Shown: positions 50,243 to 62,966 of the stretch, piece by piece
Layout of the letters: each line of letters opens with the position of its first letter
How positions within the stretch are numbered: position 1 is the first letter of the stretch
NCBI RefSeq assembly: GCF_006345805.1
Contig: NC_043000.1
Location: 56,482,001 to 56,546,000 of the forward strand
Origin: Octopus sinensis
Lineage: Eukaryota
Direction: 5' to 3'
DNA: 64,000 nucleotides
The notes under the pieces: model-generated
Told to the model about the DNA's origin: nothing
Seen by the model: only the letters and a program-made list of their open reading frames with translations
The model's database searches: none
Program-made: the position numbers and the translations under genes

Positions 50243-50764
50243 CCGTAAATCCTCGAGTATAGTCCGCCCTTGAGTATAATATGCAGGGGATTTTTAGGGG
50301 GCTGTACCACTGAAAAACCTAAACCTTGTGTATAATACGCACCACTTCTCTAACTTGAGTCATGCGTAATTAAGCCAGCAGCACCTAGTCGAACAAACAC
50401 TTCCGCACATGCTTAATACAATAATGGTGATGTTCTTAACTGTTATATGGGAATGTAAATATGTTTGTAAATTGTTTTTGTTACATGTTATTCTGTGTTC
50501 TGAATACTTTTATTTTAATAAATGATGCTTACTGCAAGTTATGGATGATTCTTTTATGACTTCATTGCTTTCAGGCTTAGCTTGAGGTATTTTCGTGCCC
50601 GACATCACAAAATGCATCTGAATAAACATTGCTGGACAGCAAATAGAGACTCGGACATTGCTTAGAAAATATTTTTCATTTTTAACCTCGTATATAATAC
50701 ACAGAAGGGATTTTGCCTTTTAAATTTTGGGGGAAAAGTGCGGATTATACTCGAGGATTTATGG
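50243..50764. mobile_element. Tc1/mariner-pogo-type non-autonomous DNA transposon (522 bp)
   Basis: TA TSD (50241-42, 50765-66); 25-bp TIR ccgtaaatcctcgagtatagtccgc / gcggattatactcgaggatttatgg (23 of 25). Confidence 0.88.
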
Positions 50765-51329
50765 TACACTTTACTGAATAGTACAATGCCCAACCCAATG
50801 AAGAGGCCTCTACATGGTCACTGGATATGCAAGAAGTGGCAGGTAAATCTACTCCAAATCATGCTGTGTTAGAAAGGAAAAAAAAGGTACATTAGGCAAT
50901 GTAATGATAGCTATAAAAAGTTGAGATGGAATGCTTTTGATCATAACAATGACAACATCAATGCTATACAGAAAAGAAAACTAAGAATGAGGCATGAATC
51001 AAAAAATTACTGCTGTAGTGCTTCTCTTACAGCTCACAGATTTTCATATCTTAGTGACCTTAAGAAAGCACCATCAAGAATAAGTACTAAAATTTTGAAA
51101 ACATATTTTTTTTATGTATGTCATAAAACTGACTCAAAATTTGACCAAAACATTTTTTTAAAATAAAGATATGGAATAAACAAGATCATACAGGACAAAT
51201 ATTATAAGCCAATTTATATAATTATAAATAATGAAGAAAATCATGACATCTTTATTGGTTTTTAGAAATTTAGAAATATTTATAGCAGGGAAAGAAATAA
51301 AAGGGAAAAAATGTGACCAGAAGTAAATG

Positions 51330-51341
51330 GAAGCATTTCAC

Positions 51342-51398
<57 letters not shown>

Positions 51399-51407
51399 TA
51401 TATATAT

Positions 51408-51474
<67 letters not shown>

Positions 51475-51700
51475 GTATATATATACACATATATATATAC
51501 ATATATATATATGTATGTATATATATATGTAAATATATATATACACATGTATATATGTGTGTGTGTATATGTATGTATATATGTATATACATATATATAC
51601 ATGTATATATATATGCATATATATATGTATGTATGTATGTATGTATATGTGTGTGTATATATATATATGTACGTATGTATGTATGTATGTGTGTATAGAG
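51330..51700. repeat. (TA)/(TG)/(TATG) microsatellite field
   Basis: Direct inspection. Confidence 0.97.
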
Positions 51701-51912
51701 AGAGAAAGGGAGAGTGAGAGATTACACTTTGAAAAACACTACTGTAACATGCATGTCAAGCTAATGGAATTACTTTTACTGAAATGGAAGGAACTCGTTT
51801 TTGTCATGAAGCAATGAAGGTTGCCAAATATTTATTTAATTAATTAATTCAAATACAGCCAAAAATTAATATTGGATGTGAGTACTATGAAGAATTAAAA
51901 GAAATAATTCCC

Positions 51913-52660
51913 TTATTATTATTATTGTGGTGGTGGTCATGTTTATGTTATTGTTGCTTAGTATTATATTCTGTTCCAAGTCTCACCCAGAGACTTTATG
52001 TAACAACACGCTGGATGATATATTGTACAGCAGAAGACTAGAGTCTAAGAACTAAGATTCCATCAAATTTGTAACATTTCAGTTTTGAAAGAGTTTTAAG
52101 AGAAACAGATATTTTCAAGCTGATAATGTTTTTCTTAGAATGTGGGTAGTATCCATGAGAACAAATTTTTCTGATACTTTGGTGTTTCCTCGTATTTGGC
52201 CATAGTGATTTAAGAGCACCATTTGGTCTTGTCGCCAGTTCTCCAATGATCATTGGTTCCTAGATGCCACATTTTTTATACCTCTGTTTCAACGTCCTTA
52301 TATTTACTTAACTTCTCAAATGTTTTTAGAGAAGTGTTGCAGTCTGCTGGGTTAATATATCTGTGAACAGACAAGTTTAGTCAATAGGATTTTTTAAATC
52401 TCAATATCAGGTCTATTGACTCATAGACAACATAGACAACAGTTTGGATACTTAAGTTCAAAAGAATGGTAATATCTTTATTTTCTACAACTTTAGCAGG
52501 TTTGTTTCCACTAGTTTTTCTCATATGGAAGTTAAGACTTAACAGCATATGACCCAGTGCAAATATTTGACAATATTTTTGCTTGTGTGACTAGTGTTTT
52601 CTCTTTTAAATGTTCAAGTTCAAGCTGGAGCAAATTTTAGGACGACAATGGTGCTGTTTC
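51913..52660 (-). mobile_element. Second Dong/R4-clade RLE C-terminal remnant
   Basis: Minus strand: KYLHW...KVVENKDITIL...NRPDI...LKTFEKLSKYKDVE...VLMDTTHILRKTLSA*; 3' UTR tctctgggtgagacttgga; (TAA)n tail at 51913-26. Confidence 0.78.
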
Positions 52661-52795
52661 ATCATATTTTTAAAATTTATTTCTCTTGCTAAGTTCACTT
52701 ACTTTATCTGACATCTGGCCTTTAAAAAAAATCTACTTCAAGAAGATCCATCCAACCCATGCAAGCATGGAATAGTGGACATTAAATTTATGATG

Positions 52796-52830
<35 letters not shown>

Positions 52831-52960
52831 AATGTGACTGCATGTGTACTGTTGGCGACTTTTTTTCCTCTGTCTTCCCTTCTCCTATGCATCCAATAAT
52901 ACAATATTTGTTCCACGTCCTCACATTGTTGTGTTTTTTTGTGCTTTCATGTTTGGATTA

Positions 52961-52998
<38 letters not shown>

Positions 52999-53047
52999 CT
53001 CACTTGATTGATATATATATATATATATATACATATAATCTCACTTG

Positions 53048-53101
<54 letters not shown>

Positions 53102-53199
53102 ATGTATGTGTGTATTATATTACATTACACCGTATACATATATATCTAGTGATGCAGCCATCCACCTGTACATATATATATATTTTTATATTTATATGT

Positions 53200-53345
53200 G
53201 GGTGAGGGATTAGTGATTAGGTTCTTGCACTCGTGATTACAAAACCAGTTTGAATTCCCAGACCAAGCAGTACATTGTATTCTTGAGCAAAACACTTCAT
53301 TTCATGCTTGACATGGGAATTGAAACTGACTTTGTGATCGTGCAT
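53200..53345 (+). mobile_element. SINE family D fragment
   Basis: ttcttgagcaaaacacttcatttcatg after a tRNA-like head. Confidence 0.55.
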
Positions 53346-53810
53346 GCAAGAACCTAACAACTAAGCCCTCATATAAATATAAATACATATACACAGGTAG
53401 ATAGATAGATCAATAGATACATGTGTATATGATGTAATGTTATATGATATACTCACACACACACACACACATATATATATCAACAGCGATTATATATATA
53501 TATAATATACATCAATTAAAAGTCCACTTTTCCATGCTTGCAGGAGTTGGATGGATTTTCTCAAGGCAGATTCTTTTTTTAAAGCCTGTAGTCAGACGAT
53601 AATATATAAAGTAAGTGAACTTAGCAAGTGAAATGAATTTGAAATATATATATATATATTATATATATATATACATACACACACACACACATATATAATA
53701 AAGTAAACTTGCAAGGTATATATATATATATATATGTGTGTGGTTCAAATGTACAGGTGAGGAAACAACAAGCAGGTGTAAGAATTTGACTCTCAGGAAG
53801 AATGCAAAAA

Positions 53811-53848
53811 TCCTTGATGTTTTGAGCCGATGCTCTTCAACAGAAAGG
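53811..53848 (-). ncRNA. Decayed minimal hammerhead-like motif
   Basis: Minus strand: ccttt CTGTTGA A gagc-atcg-gctc AAAA c ATC aagga. Confidence 0.4.
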
Positions 53849-53907
53849 AATAAGATGAAAAAATGGAGAGTAAAATGTGGGAATAACAGTTTCACATATA
53901 TGTGCAT

Positions 53908-53942
<35 letters not shown>

Positions 53943-55261
53943 AAAAGGCATAAATAATGGGCTTTAAATATTTCTGTTGTGCATTTTGACTTATACCTGT
54001 TTCTAATATGCATTGTTGGTGCACTTATGGTTCCATTTACTCAATCAGTCTTATTGATCAATTGAAAAAATTTGAACTACCTTAATAAATGCTGTCATCA
54101 TCAGAATCTACACACAGAATGATAAATTAGATGAAAACAAGCATAGGAAGAGAAGCTAGGAGAAAGGGACGAAGAAGAAGAAAATATAAAAAGATAAAAG
54201 AAAAAAGAGAGAAAATGGAAAAAGATTAGAAAAAAGAAAGAAGTAGAAGAGGAGAGAAATAAGAAGAAAGAGGAAGAAAGAATGATAGAGAGAAGAAACC
54301 CCAGAAATGAAATAAGGAGATAAGAAAGAATTTGGATATCATTTTAGCTATAAAGTAATTAGATCACCACTCTCAAACCATTATAGTCAGACTTGTGTGT
54401 CTGTGTACATATACAAGCCTTGTGGAATGAAGATTGGAGATACGCCCTAAGTTCTCAACAACATGCAGACGTTTGACATACTTGTTTGGAACTTTCTAAA
54501 TTCTTATGAGAGTATGCTTAGCTCTCAACATTATGATGTTGAGAAAAAAAATGGCTAATAACTATATAGAAAAGTGACTCAGTTCAAATAAGGTTGTGCT
54601 AATTTGCATATATCTATTGGTTTCATAGCTATAAAGAAAGAGTTGAATTCTAACATCAGCACAGAGCCGCAAATTTTAAGGGAGAGAACAGCTAACAAAA
54701 TCAACCCAATTCCTTTATTGGTACTTTTATTTTATCTACACCGGATGGATGAAATGCAAATTTATCCCTGGCAGGATCTGAACTTTGAGCATAAAGAAAC
54801 ATGATTAAGTACACAACTTGGTACTTTGTCCATTTTGTACCAACTCGAAACATTTGACCACCCTCAACTCTTAAGAAATTATTAATATGCCAGCAAAGTA
54901 ACCGGATTAAAGATAGTCTGAGAAGTGAAGAAAGTTTTAATCATTATCAATGTAGTCCTGTGCTGTCCTGCTAAGAACTTTCATATATATATATATATAT
55001 ATATCATCTTCAAATCACTCTCTACACAAAGTCAATAATGAATATTTAAATTTTCAAGCTATGCTGATTTATTAGTAGTTTCACCCTTGGGGTGAGCGAA
55101 GTCCCATATTCAGAATGGTTTACAAGCTGTTTCTTCTGAACATCACAGTAGCCAGAGTTGAATGAATTTTGACAGGATCTTAAGAAAGTTTGAAACTGGA
55201 ATAAGTTCAGTATTTGAGCTGTATATCACATGAGTGGGTGAATGACAGCAGGTTTGTATTT

Positions 55262-55421
55262 TGTGTGTGTGTGTGAGAAAGAGACTCTGTGTGTGTGTGT
55301 GTGTGTGTGTATGTGTGTGTGATAGAGAGATAGAGAGAGAGAAAGAGACTGTGTGTGTGAGAGAAAGAGAGAGAGAAAGAGACTGTGTGTGTGTGGGTGA
55401 GAGAGAGAGAGAGAAAGAAAC

Positions 55422-55452
<31 letters not shown>

Positions 55453-55459
55453 AAGAAAC

Positions 55460-55492
<33 letters not shown>

Positions 55493-55580
55493 AAGAAACT
55501 GTGTGTGTGTGAGAGAGAGAGAGAGAAAGAGACTGTGTGTGTGTGAAAGAGAGAAAGTGAATCTGTGTGTGTATGTGTGT
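55262..55580. repeat. Higher-order (GT)n(GA)nAAGA(A/G)ACT minisatellite
   Basis: Units of about 30-36 bp repeated roughly 8 times. Confidence 0.85.
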
Positions 55581-55938
55581 TTAAATCAGTTTCTAATAAG
55601 ATGTACTTTATGTATCAAGTACTTTCTGTTTTAGTTTGTAAACATGAATGTTCACCAGTCTGTATACTTCAGTACAATTGAAATTTGAAATTTCTATACT
55701 GTCTTGATGTATTATGTATTTGTATGCATATACTAGTTTATCATCTGATGCGCAGATAAGATACACTTTATTATTTATCATTTGTTTATGACATTCAAAC
55801 AATCAAGGAACAGAAATGATAGTGAGCCAAATTTAATGCTCATATGCAGTTGTTTTACCACCTGGAATTAGAAACCAAATGACCTTCAAATGTTATCCCA
55901 CCATTTAAAAAATTCATAAACATAATAGAGTAAAAGTA

Positions 55939-56298
55939 TAGGCACAGGAGTGGCTATGCATAAGAAGCTTGCTTCCCAACTTCATGGTTCTGGGTTCGGT
56001 CCCACAGCATGGCACCTTGGGCAAGTGTCTTCTACTATAGCCTCAGGCCAACTAAAGCCTTGTGAGTGGATTTGGTAGATAGAAACTAAAAGAAGCCTGT
56101 TGTGTGTGTGTCCTCCAAAACCGATTGACAACCAGTGTTAATGTGTTTATTTCCCCATAACTTAGCAGTTTAGCAAAGAGACTGATAGAATAAGAACCAG
56201 GCTTTAAAAAAGTACTAGGGTCAATTCATTCTACTAACATTCTTCAAGGTTCTGTCTAGCATGGCTGCTATTTAATGGCTAAAACAAGTAAAAGAATA
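55939..56298 (+). mobile_element. SINE family A, full length
   Basis: aggcacaggagtggctatgcataagaagc through to aaacaagtaaaagaat. Confidence 0.85.
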
Positions 56299-58021
56299 AT
56301 ATAAGAGGAGAGAAGACAGTTCTGTCTTACAAAAAATCTTCTTTAGTCTAGCTATATTTTATGTAATTACTATGAACTAATTTTATTAACTACTTGGTAA
56401 GCCTAGTTCTCATGTGCAGATATGGATTACTGGCAGCTATTACTTGTTGTGTTATCCCTCGTGTTGAGTTAGAACTTATGTTCTCCTTTTTTTCATCTTG
56501 CTACAGCACTCACTGTCAGTTAAAGTGGGCAGTCTTAGAAAAGTAACAATGCATACTGAAACAGATGGTTTGCCTCTGACTCATGTCATCAAAAGGGTGA
56601 GAATTTCTCCTCAGACAAATTCAAAGATCCTGTATACTTAATCCCTACCTCAAACATCTAATATATATATATATAAGAGAAAATTTCTTCTTAAGAAAAA
56701 ATATATATTCAAATAAAATAAACATAATATCATAAATAGCGATAGCGAAACCGGTCGATATATAAAAAATTATATTAAAACCATGTAAGTGTGCGTATAT
56801 TCCTTTTTTAATTTCTTATATATATATATGGCCTTGGTAATCATGTATAGTACTATTTCATCCTTCTTTGGAAATATCAGCATGGTATAACTCTAGATAA
56901 AAATTACTAATGTTACATTCAACATTCTATGAAGTTACAAATTAAGAGTGAAAACAGAAGACAGGAGATAGTTCATAGTTCAAAAGATGTATTTGATCCT
57001 TTTTTTATTAGAAACGATGATGGCATAGGTGGCTATGGCATCAGCATCACTCAAACTATGTAGTTTGACATGCAGACAGAGCAACAGCAACAACCTGTAT
57101 TTCATTGGCTGCATGTTTACAAAGTTTGCTTTGTAATTATATGGTTTTGGGTTCCGTCCAGCTGCAAGTAATTTGAAGCAAGTATCATTTACTATAACCT
57201 TAGGCTGACTGATACTTTATAAGTGAAATCTGGTAGGCATGTGCTTGTACATGTGTGTGTATGTATGTGTGAGTGCATACACATGTACATATCGTAATAC
57301 TGTTTGCTTGTATAAATGTCTATATATATATATATGTAAGCTTTGTATGTAACCTATGTATGTATGTGTGTATTATGTATATTGTGGGATATCAGAGGTA
57401 ACATGGCACACTACATTGTGCCCTAAAAACATAAAAACAAGACAAAAAAGACATCAATTACAGTGCCATAAACCACCACCACCACCACCACCATCAACTT
57501 CTCCATTTTTACCATCATCATCATCATCATCGTCATCACCATCATCGTCATCACCATCATCGACACAATCATCATCATCAATTTCTTCCACACTAGACTC
57601 CATTCCTCTTCACCATCTACAACATAATTATTACCTCTGTAATCACCACTGTTATCGTTCTCATCATCACAACCATCCTTATCATCCTCCTCTCCATTAT
57701 ATTCACCACCAACACAACCATCATCACCACCAGCATCATCTTCATCTTCTACTCTGCTGCCGTTTGCTAATCACCACTGCCAATGTTACCACCATATTCA
57801 TCACCCCCACCATTGTTATCACATCATCATCATCATCATCATCATCACCAACACCCATGTTTCCCCCTACTACCCTACCCCTATTAGTCTGGCTATCTTC
57901 CTGCCCCTTTTGTTTGTTCTTCTGTTTAGCAGATATTCCTTATTATTAATTTAGTCTCTGAAGTATTTATGTATGAAATAGAATGTAATTTACTGGACAA
58001 TTATTTTAAATAAAAACATAT

Positions 58022-58069
<48 letters not shown>

Positions 58070-58269
58070 TGTGTGTGTGTGTGTGTGTGTATCTATATAA
58101 TACACACACACATGTATGTACGTGCGTTCATATGTGCAAATAACTGTATGTTTTCATACTAACACCATTTGAACAATTACATGAATTGTTTAAGTCATCT
58201 ATAAAACAGGAAATTTGTTGGTTTCACAAAAAGACTTACCCACCACAACGGAATTGAGATCCTAAAACC

Positions 58270-58600
58270 AAGGTAAGGTATCATGTAAAAAGCATTGGTG
58301 TGGATGCTGGTGCCTACTTGAGAGGACCCGCTACCACAACAGAACTAATATCCTAAAAACAAAGTGCCATGTAAAAAGCACTGATGCGGGTATAGGTGCC
58401 ACATAGAAAGCACTGGTGACGGTGTCATGTAAAAAGCAACCAGTACACTCTGTAAAGAGGCTGCTATTGGGAAGGGCATCCAGCTGTGAAATCCCAGCCA
58501 AAATAGATAATGGAACCTGGTGTGGCCCCTGGCCTTGTCAGTTCCTGTCAAACTGTCCAACCCATGCCAGATTGGAAAATGGACATTAGATGGTGGTGGT
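58270..58600 (+). mobile_element. RTE LINE 3' UTR with gtaaaaagca sub-repeats
   Basis: gggaagggcatccagctg...gtcaaactgtccaacccatgccag, followed by a (GGT)n tail. Confidence 0.72.
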
Positions 58601-58704
58601 GGTGGTGGTGAGAAAACTAGCGGAATAAAAAATACATTACTTGAAAAACAAAGAAGGGTTGGGGAAAGGAAGTACCCACCACAAGAATCAATCCTTGTTG
58701 CAGT

Positions 58705-58915
58705 TTGGAGGCCTGTGAGCCTTACTGATCCTAAGAGCTATGCTAGCAGAGTAGTGCAAGCTCTTTGTTGGGTATCCCATGCCAGACAGGTCAAAGGGTA
58801 GGGGCCAGACTAAAATGGACCATCTCTTCTCAGAGATAAAAAGAAATGGATTTGTGTTGGGTCAATACCCCTACCTAAAACAAAAATCAAAGTAACAGAA
58901 ACACTGATGACAATT
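58705..58915 (+). mobile_element. RTE-type 5' UTR remnant
   Basis: ggaggcctgtg...gatcctaagagctatgc...cccatgccagacaggtcaaagggtaggggccagactaa resembles remembered RTE 5' UTRs. Confidence 0.5.
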
Positions 58916-60302
58916 CAGTTCTAACAAGATCTAAGAGAGGAAAGCCTTTCTTCAGGGAAATATATGATGTAGTGCAGTAAAATCTGAAAGGATATTGAAG
59001 CAGAATTGAAAAAAGAAGGGTCCAACTGAAAAGAAGCAGATAAGATAACCCAGAATTGAGAAGAGTAGATAGAAGTCAATGCTGGGCCATAGGGAGCAAA
59101 AGTCCTAAGTAGCAAGTAAGTAAATAGTAGATAGGAAGGACATCTGGTCATAGAATTCTGCCTCTTTAAATCTAATCCCACACATGCCAGCATGGAAAAA
59201 ATGGTGATGACATTGATGAAGTATTTGGAACTCAATGCTTACTTTCCATCCCTCTAAAGTCAATATAACTAATTTTAAATTAAAATCAACTGGAACTCCC
59301 CTCACCTACAAATTAGTGAACTCCTGCCACTGTATCAATCATTATGCATTTATAACATCAAATAACAGTTGAATACTAATCTGAAAACTTAAAACAAGAC
59401 TTCAGTGTTCCAAGGAATTTAAAATAAAATTTTAACAAAATACTTCCTCAAAGTATAACAAGAATTCACAGGTGGCAAACCAAAATACATATTAATAAAT
59501 ATTTTAATACAGACAGCAACTTTGCCAAAGGTAATTTAAAAAACAGAGAGAGAGATTATTCAAACAAGACCTAATAATGAATAGTTGATTTAAATTTATT
59601 GATAATCTTCAGGCCTTAATGTGAAATATTTAAAAATAGCAACAACACTTCAAAAACGAACAAAATAGCATTTTTTTTTTCAAATCTGACCAAAATAATG
59701 GATTTAACATTTTTTCTTAAACTCTAAGCCATAAAGATAAACAACAGAGGGGATTAATAGCTGAGTGTATATAGTACAAGACAATCATCCCAGCGATTAG
59801 CAGTTTGTATCTTGTAAAGAGTACAGTTTTGTGTCCATCGTTAAGTCAGTTGACTGTCACACTAGTGGGACCCATGGAAATTCCATGAAATGGAAAAAAT
59901 AAGAGGACCTATTTAAGAAAGAAAGGATGATTTCCATTTTTATAGCATTCATAGTTTAGCTTTCTTTGAATATTCTTGACATTCAATCTACATCTATTTC
60001 TTCACGTCACCGTCGGTGTCATCTTTTTCCTCTTTTTATTTTATCTTTTTGCTGTTCCTCTCTGATCCATGCTCTATATCTGTGCATCCTTTCTCAGGCA
60101 ACTTGCAGCTGTGTTTCTTCCAAATCCAGAATTTAGGCTAAATTAACCCTTATAAACAAATATCAATTTTTTAAGTGAGCAGATGATAAATAACTGCATT
60201 TATGCATGTGCAATGGTCACTATAAAAAAACAAATTAGTTCAATAAAAACAAATACTCTGTACTAGCAACACATCACAACTACCACCACTGTTATCTGCC
60301 TG

Positions 60303-60337
<35 letters not shown>

Positions 60338-60869
60338 ATAACTGCCTCTCCTGCCCATCTCTCTCTATCTACCTTTGCAGTCAGCTAACTTTTTAAGCAT
60401 GCAATAAGTATTCCTTCCCTACCCCACTGCACATTGTTAACACTTCTCTCTCCTTTTTCTCTCATCATCTTTTTCTCTTGTTCTTCACCTCCACCTTCAG
60501 CTGACCATATGACCATTTGGCCTAAGTGTATTAATATTAATCATCCTTCTCTACTTCCTCTCTTCTTTCTTCACAACTCTCTCTCACTCCACCACCACCT
60601 CTCTAACTAACTAATGTATAACAAGTGAATGAACAAGCAGATTGTTACATGGGTGGTGTAATCTGTCTAGTTATATTACACCATCTATATTGCTATTATA
60701 AAGTAGGAACAACTTAGTGCTGTAAAAATTAGGAAGTGATTTATTACTTTGCATTGCTGTACTGCTGGAGAAGATACTGAAGTGCTTGGCTGAAAATCAG
60801 AGTTCCTGCCAACCTCAGTCTGTCATGTACTTTGATTCAGACACTGGTTTTAATTATATACCATGCCTG

Positions 60870-61400
60870 ATGGCTTGTGTTCATCTGGCCATTCCACATT
60901 GAATATATCATATACAGTCACTATCTACTAGTGCTTATATCAAGGAAGCAATTCAGAGAACCAATCTCTCTAGCCTTGGACAACAAGGAATTATAAAAGT
61001 CTCAAAGTGTTTTTAAATAATAGACCTTAAAGCCCTTGTTGACCTTTTCCAAGAGATTTCCCATGTATAATACTACAACAAATGAACAAAAAATTACCGC
61101 ATTCCACAGATTAACCTTGCTCTTCAATGTTTCAGAATACTTCAGTTTTGATCGGTTACTTATTCTCTACAGATTCCAAGTAAAACCCACAATGACATAC
61201 TGCTCCACATTTAGGGTGCATGTTGTTGCTGGTGCCATGCACACACACACACACATGACACTGCATCTCACAAACGATCATCAGACTGATTTGTCAAACC
61301 CACTCATCAAAAGACTACCTATATCGCCACTTTCTTCATTTTCTCTTCTCTGCTATTACAACACCCTTTGTTCTTCTGAACTAAGTAAATGTATACCATC
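60870..61400 (+). mobile_element. L2/CR1-group LINE ORF2 C-terminal fragment
   Basis: EYFSFDRLLILYRFQVKPTMTYCS...LSSFSLLCYYNTLCSSELSKCIP resembles YFS..QLL.LYKAQIRP.MEYCS...SLSLFYRYY.G.CS.EL. Confidence 0.72.
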
Positions 61401-61419
61401 TAACATTGATTTCAAATTT

Positions 61420-61620
61420 TAGCACAAAGCCAGCAGTTTTGGGGTAGGGAGTAAATTGTTTATAGTGATCCCAGTACTTGACTGGTACTTATTTTATCGA
61501 CCTTGAAAGGATGAAAAGCAAAATCAACCATGGCAGAATTTGAACTCAGAACCTAAAGCTGGATGAAATACTACCAAGTATTTTGCCCAGAGTGCTAACA
61601 ATTCTGCTGGTTCACCAACA
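61420..61620 (-). mobile_element. SINE family B
   Basis: ggatgaaaagcaaaatcaaccatggcagaatttgaactcagaac. Confidence 0.8.
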
Positions 61621-62137
61621 CAGTTCAGACAACACATATTAACACACTCATCACCAGAATCTGAAACAGATAAAACAACTTAGAACTTATGCAACACACA
61701 TGAAATATGATAATCACCCAAGAAAATATCACAATTCATATTGCATACATTATACAAAACAAAGCGACAAAGCACTATAATAACTTGAGAACGCACAAAA
61801 CAAATCCTTCATTAAAGGAAAACAGAAGAGTATATAAACACTGACATAAACATAATTTTTGACCCATCATAAAAAAAACAAAATGCTGTCCATACTTGCA
61901 GTTCAATACTACAGAGGATGCGCACATTGTGGTGCAGCAGAAACTCATGTAAAACAGTTAGCGATGATGGCAGAGAGGGATTTAAATTAGTTCAACTGTA
62001 TATTTACATGCCTGAATGGCATAAAATCATTGAGTGCAGAATAAAGCAGACAGAAAGACAGACGGATAGTCGTGAATAGAAAGAAACTGTTAGAGACAGA
62101 AATTATGACACACACACACACATATATATATAAATAT

Positions 62138-62652
62138 ACTAGCAGTATCGCCCGGCGTTGCTCGGGTTTGTAAGGGAAATAACTATATAAGCATTTTTAG
62201 AGAGTTACTTCCCTTATAGATGCCAATTCGGGCTTTCTTAGCCATTTCTGTTTTGGTGTCTTCAAGCCATGAAGTCGTTGTTCTAAAAGAACGCTGGTCT
62301 CCTTGACAACGCTTTACGACGTTGATTTCCTTACACTCCCTTCCCCACAGCTTCACGAGGGAGGGAAGAAGGGGGAGAAGCAAACGGGTGCAGGTGTGAC
62401 CATGGACGCCAACTCCGCCGCCATCGACACACGAAAAATTATGCATTAAAATGGAATAAAAAATTATGTTAAATTATTTTTAAAATCATAGACTCATCGT
62501 AGACGCGCGCTAATACCCAGACGGGCTCGATATGAATCACGACTATCAGATACCCGAATTTGGTTAAACTGCACCGCAAAATGTGGGAGTAGTTAGGAAT
62601 CTAAATCGAAGGGAACAGACACTCACACAACTACAGTTTTATATATATAGAT
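62138..62652 (+). mobile_element. Helentron/HINE (Lep1/DINE-1-like) non-autonomous rolling-circle element, young
   Basis: Starts actagcagtatcgcccggcgttgctcggg (5' hairpin); inverted partner acccga at about 62553; ends cacacaactacagttttatatatatagat; no TSD; CpG-rich. Confidence 0.6.
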
Positions 62653-62931
62653 ATTTCTCCATTTTCTTATTTTGTATTATGAATTTGTGGTAAAACATTT
62701 TACCTTTGCCCATATAATACAATAAATGAATTAATTGTATCGCAATTCTTAACATTTATGTATTAACTTTGTTGGATACCTCACTAGCAGTATATTGGAT
62801 ATATGTTATCCCATGGAGGGTTGCATTTACAACCCCTGTCTCAATTTGTAAGTATATATATATATATATATATATCATAATGGCATATATGTGTGTATGT
62901 GTATTTATATATATGAGTATACATTTTTCAA

Positions 62932-62966
<35 letters not shown>

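Noticed and set aside
58240-58261. 22-nt minus-strand micro-exon (ttttag|...|gtaagt)
   Set aside because: Weak polypyrimidine tract at the edge of an RTE repeat, and the length is not divisible by 3.
59790-60150. Unique CpG-containing stretch with short minus-strand frames
   Set aside because: Frames are under 35 codons with no recognisable motif or paired splice sites.
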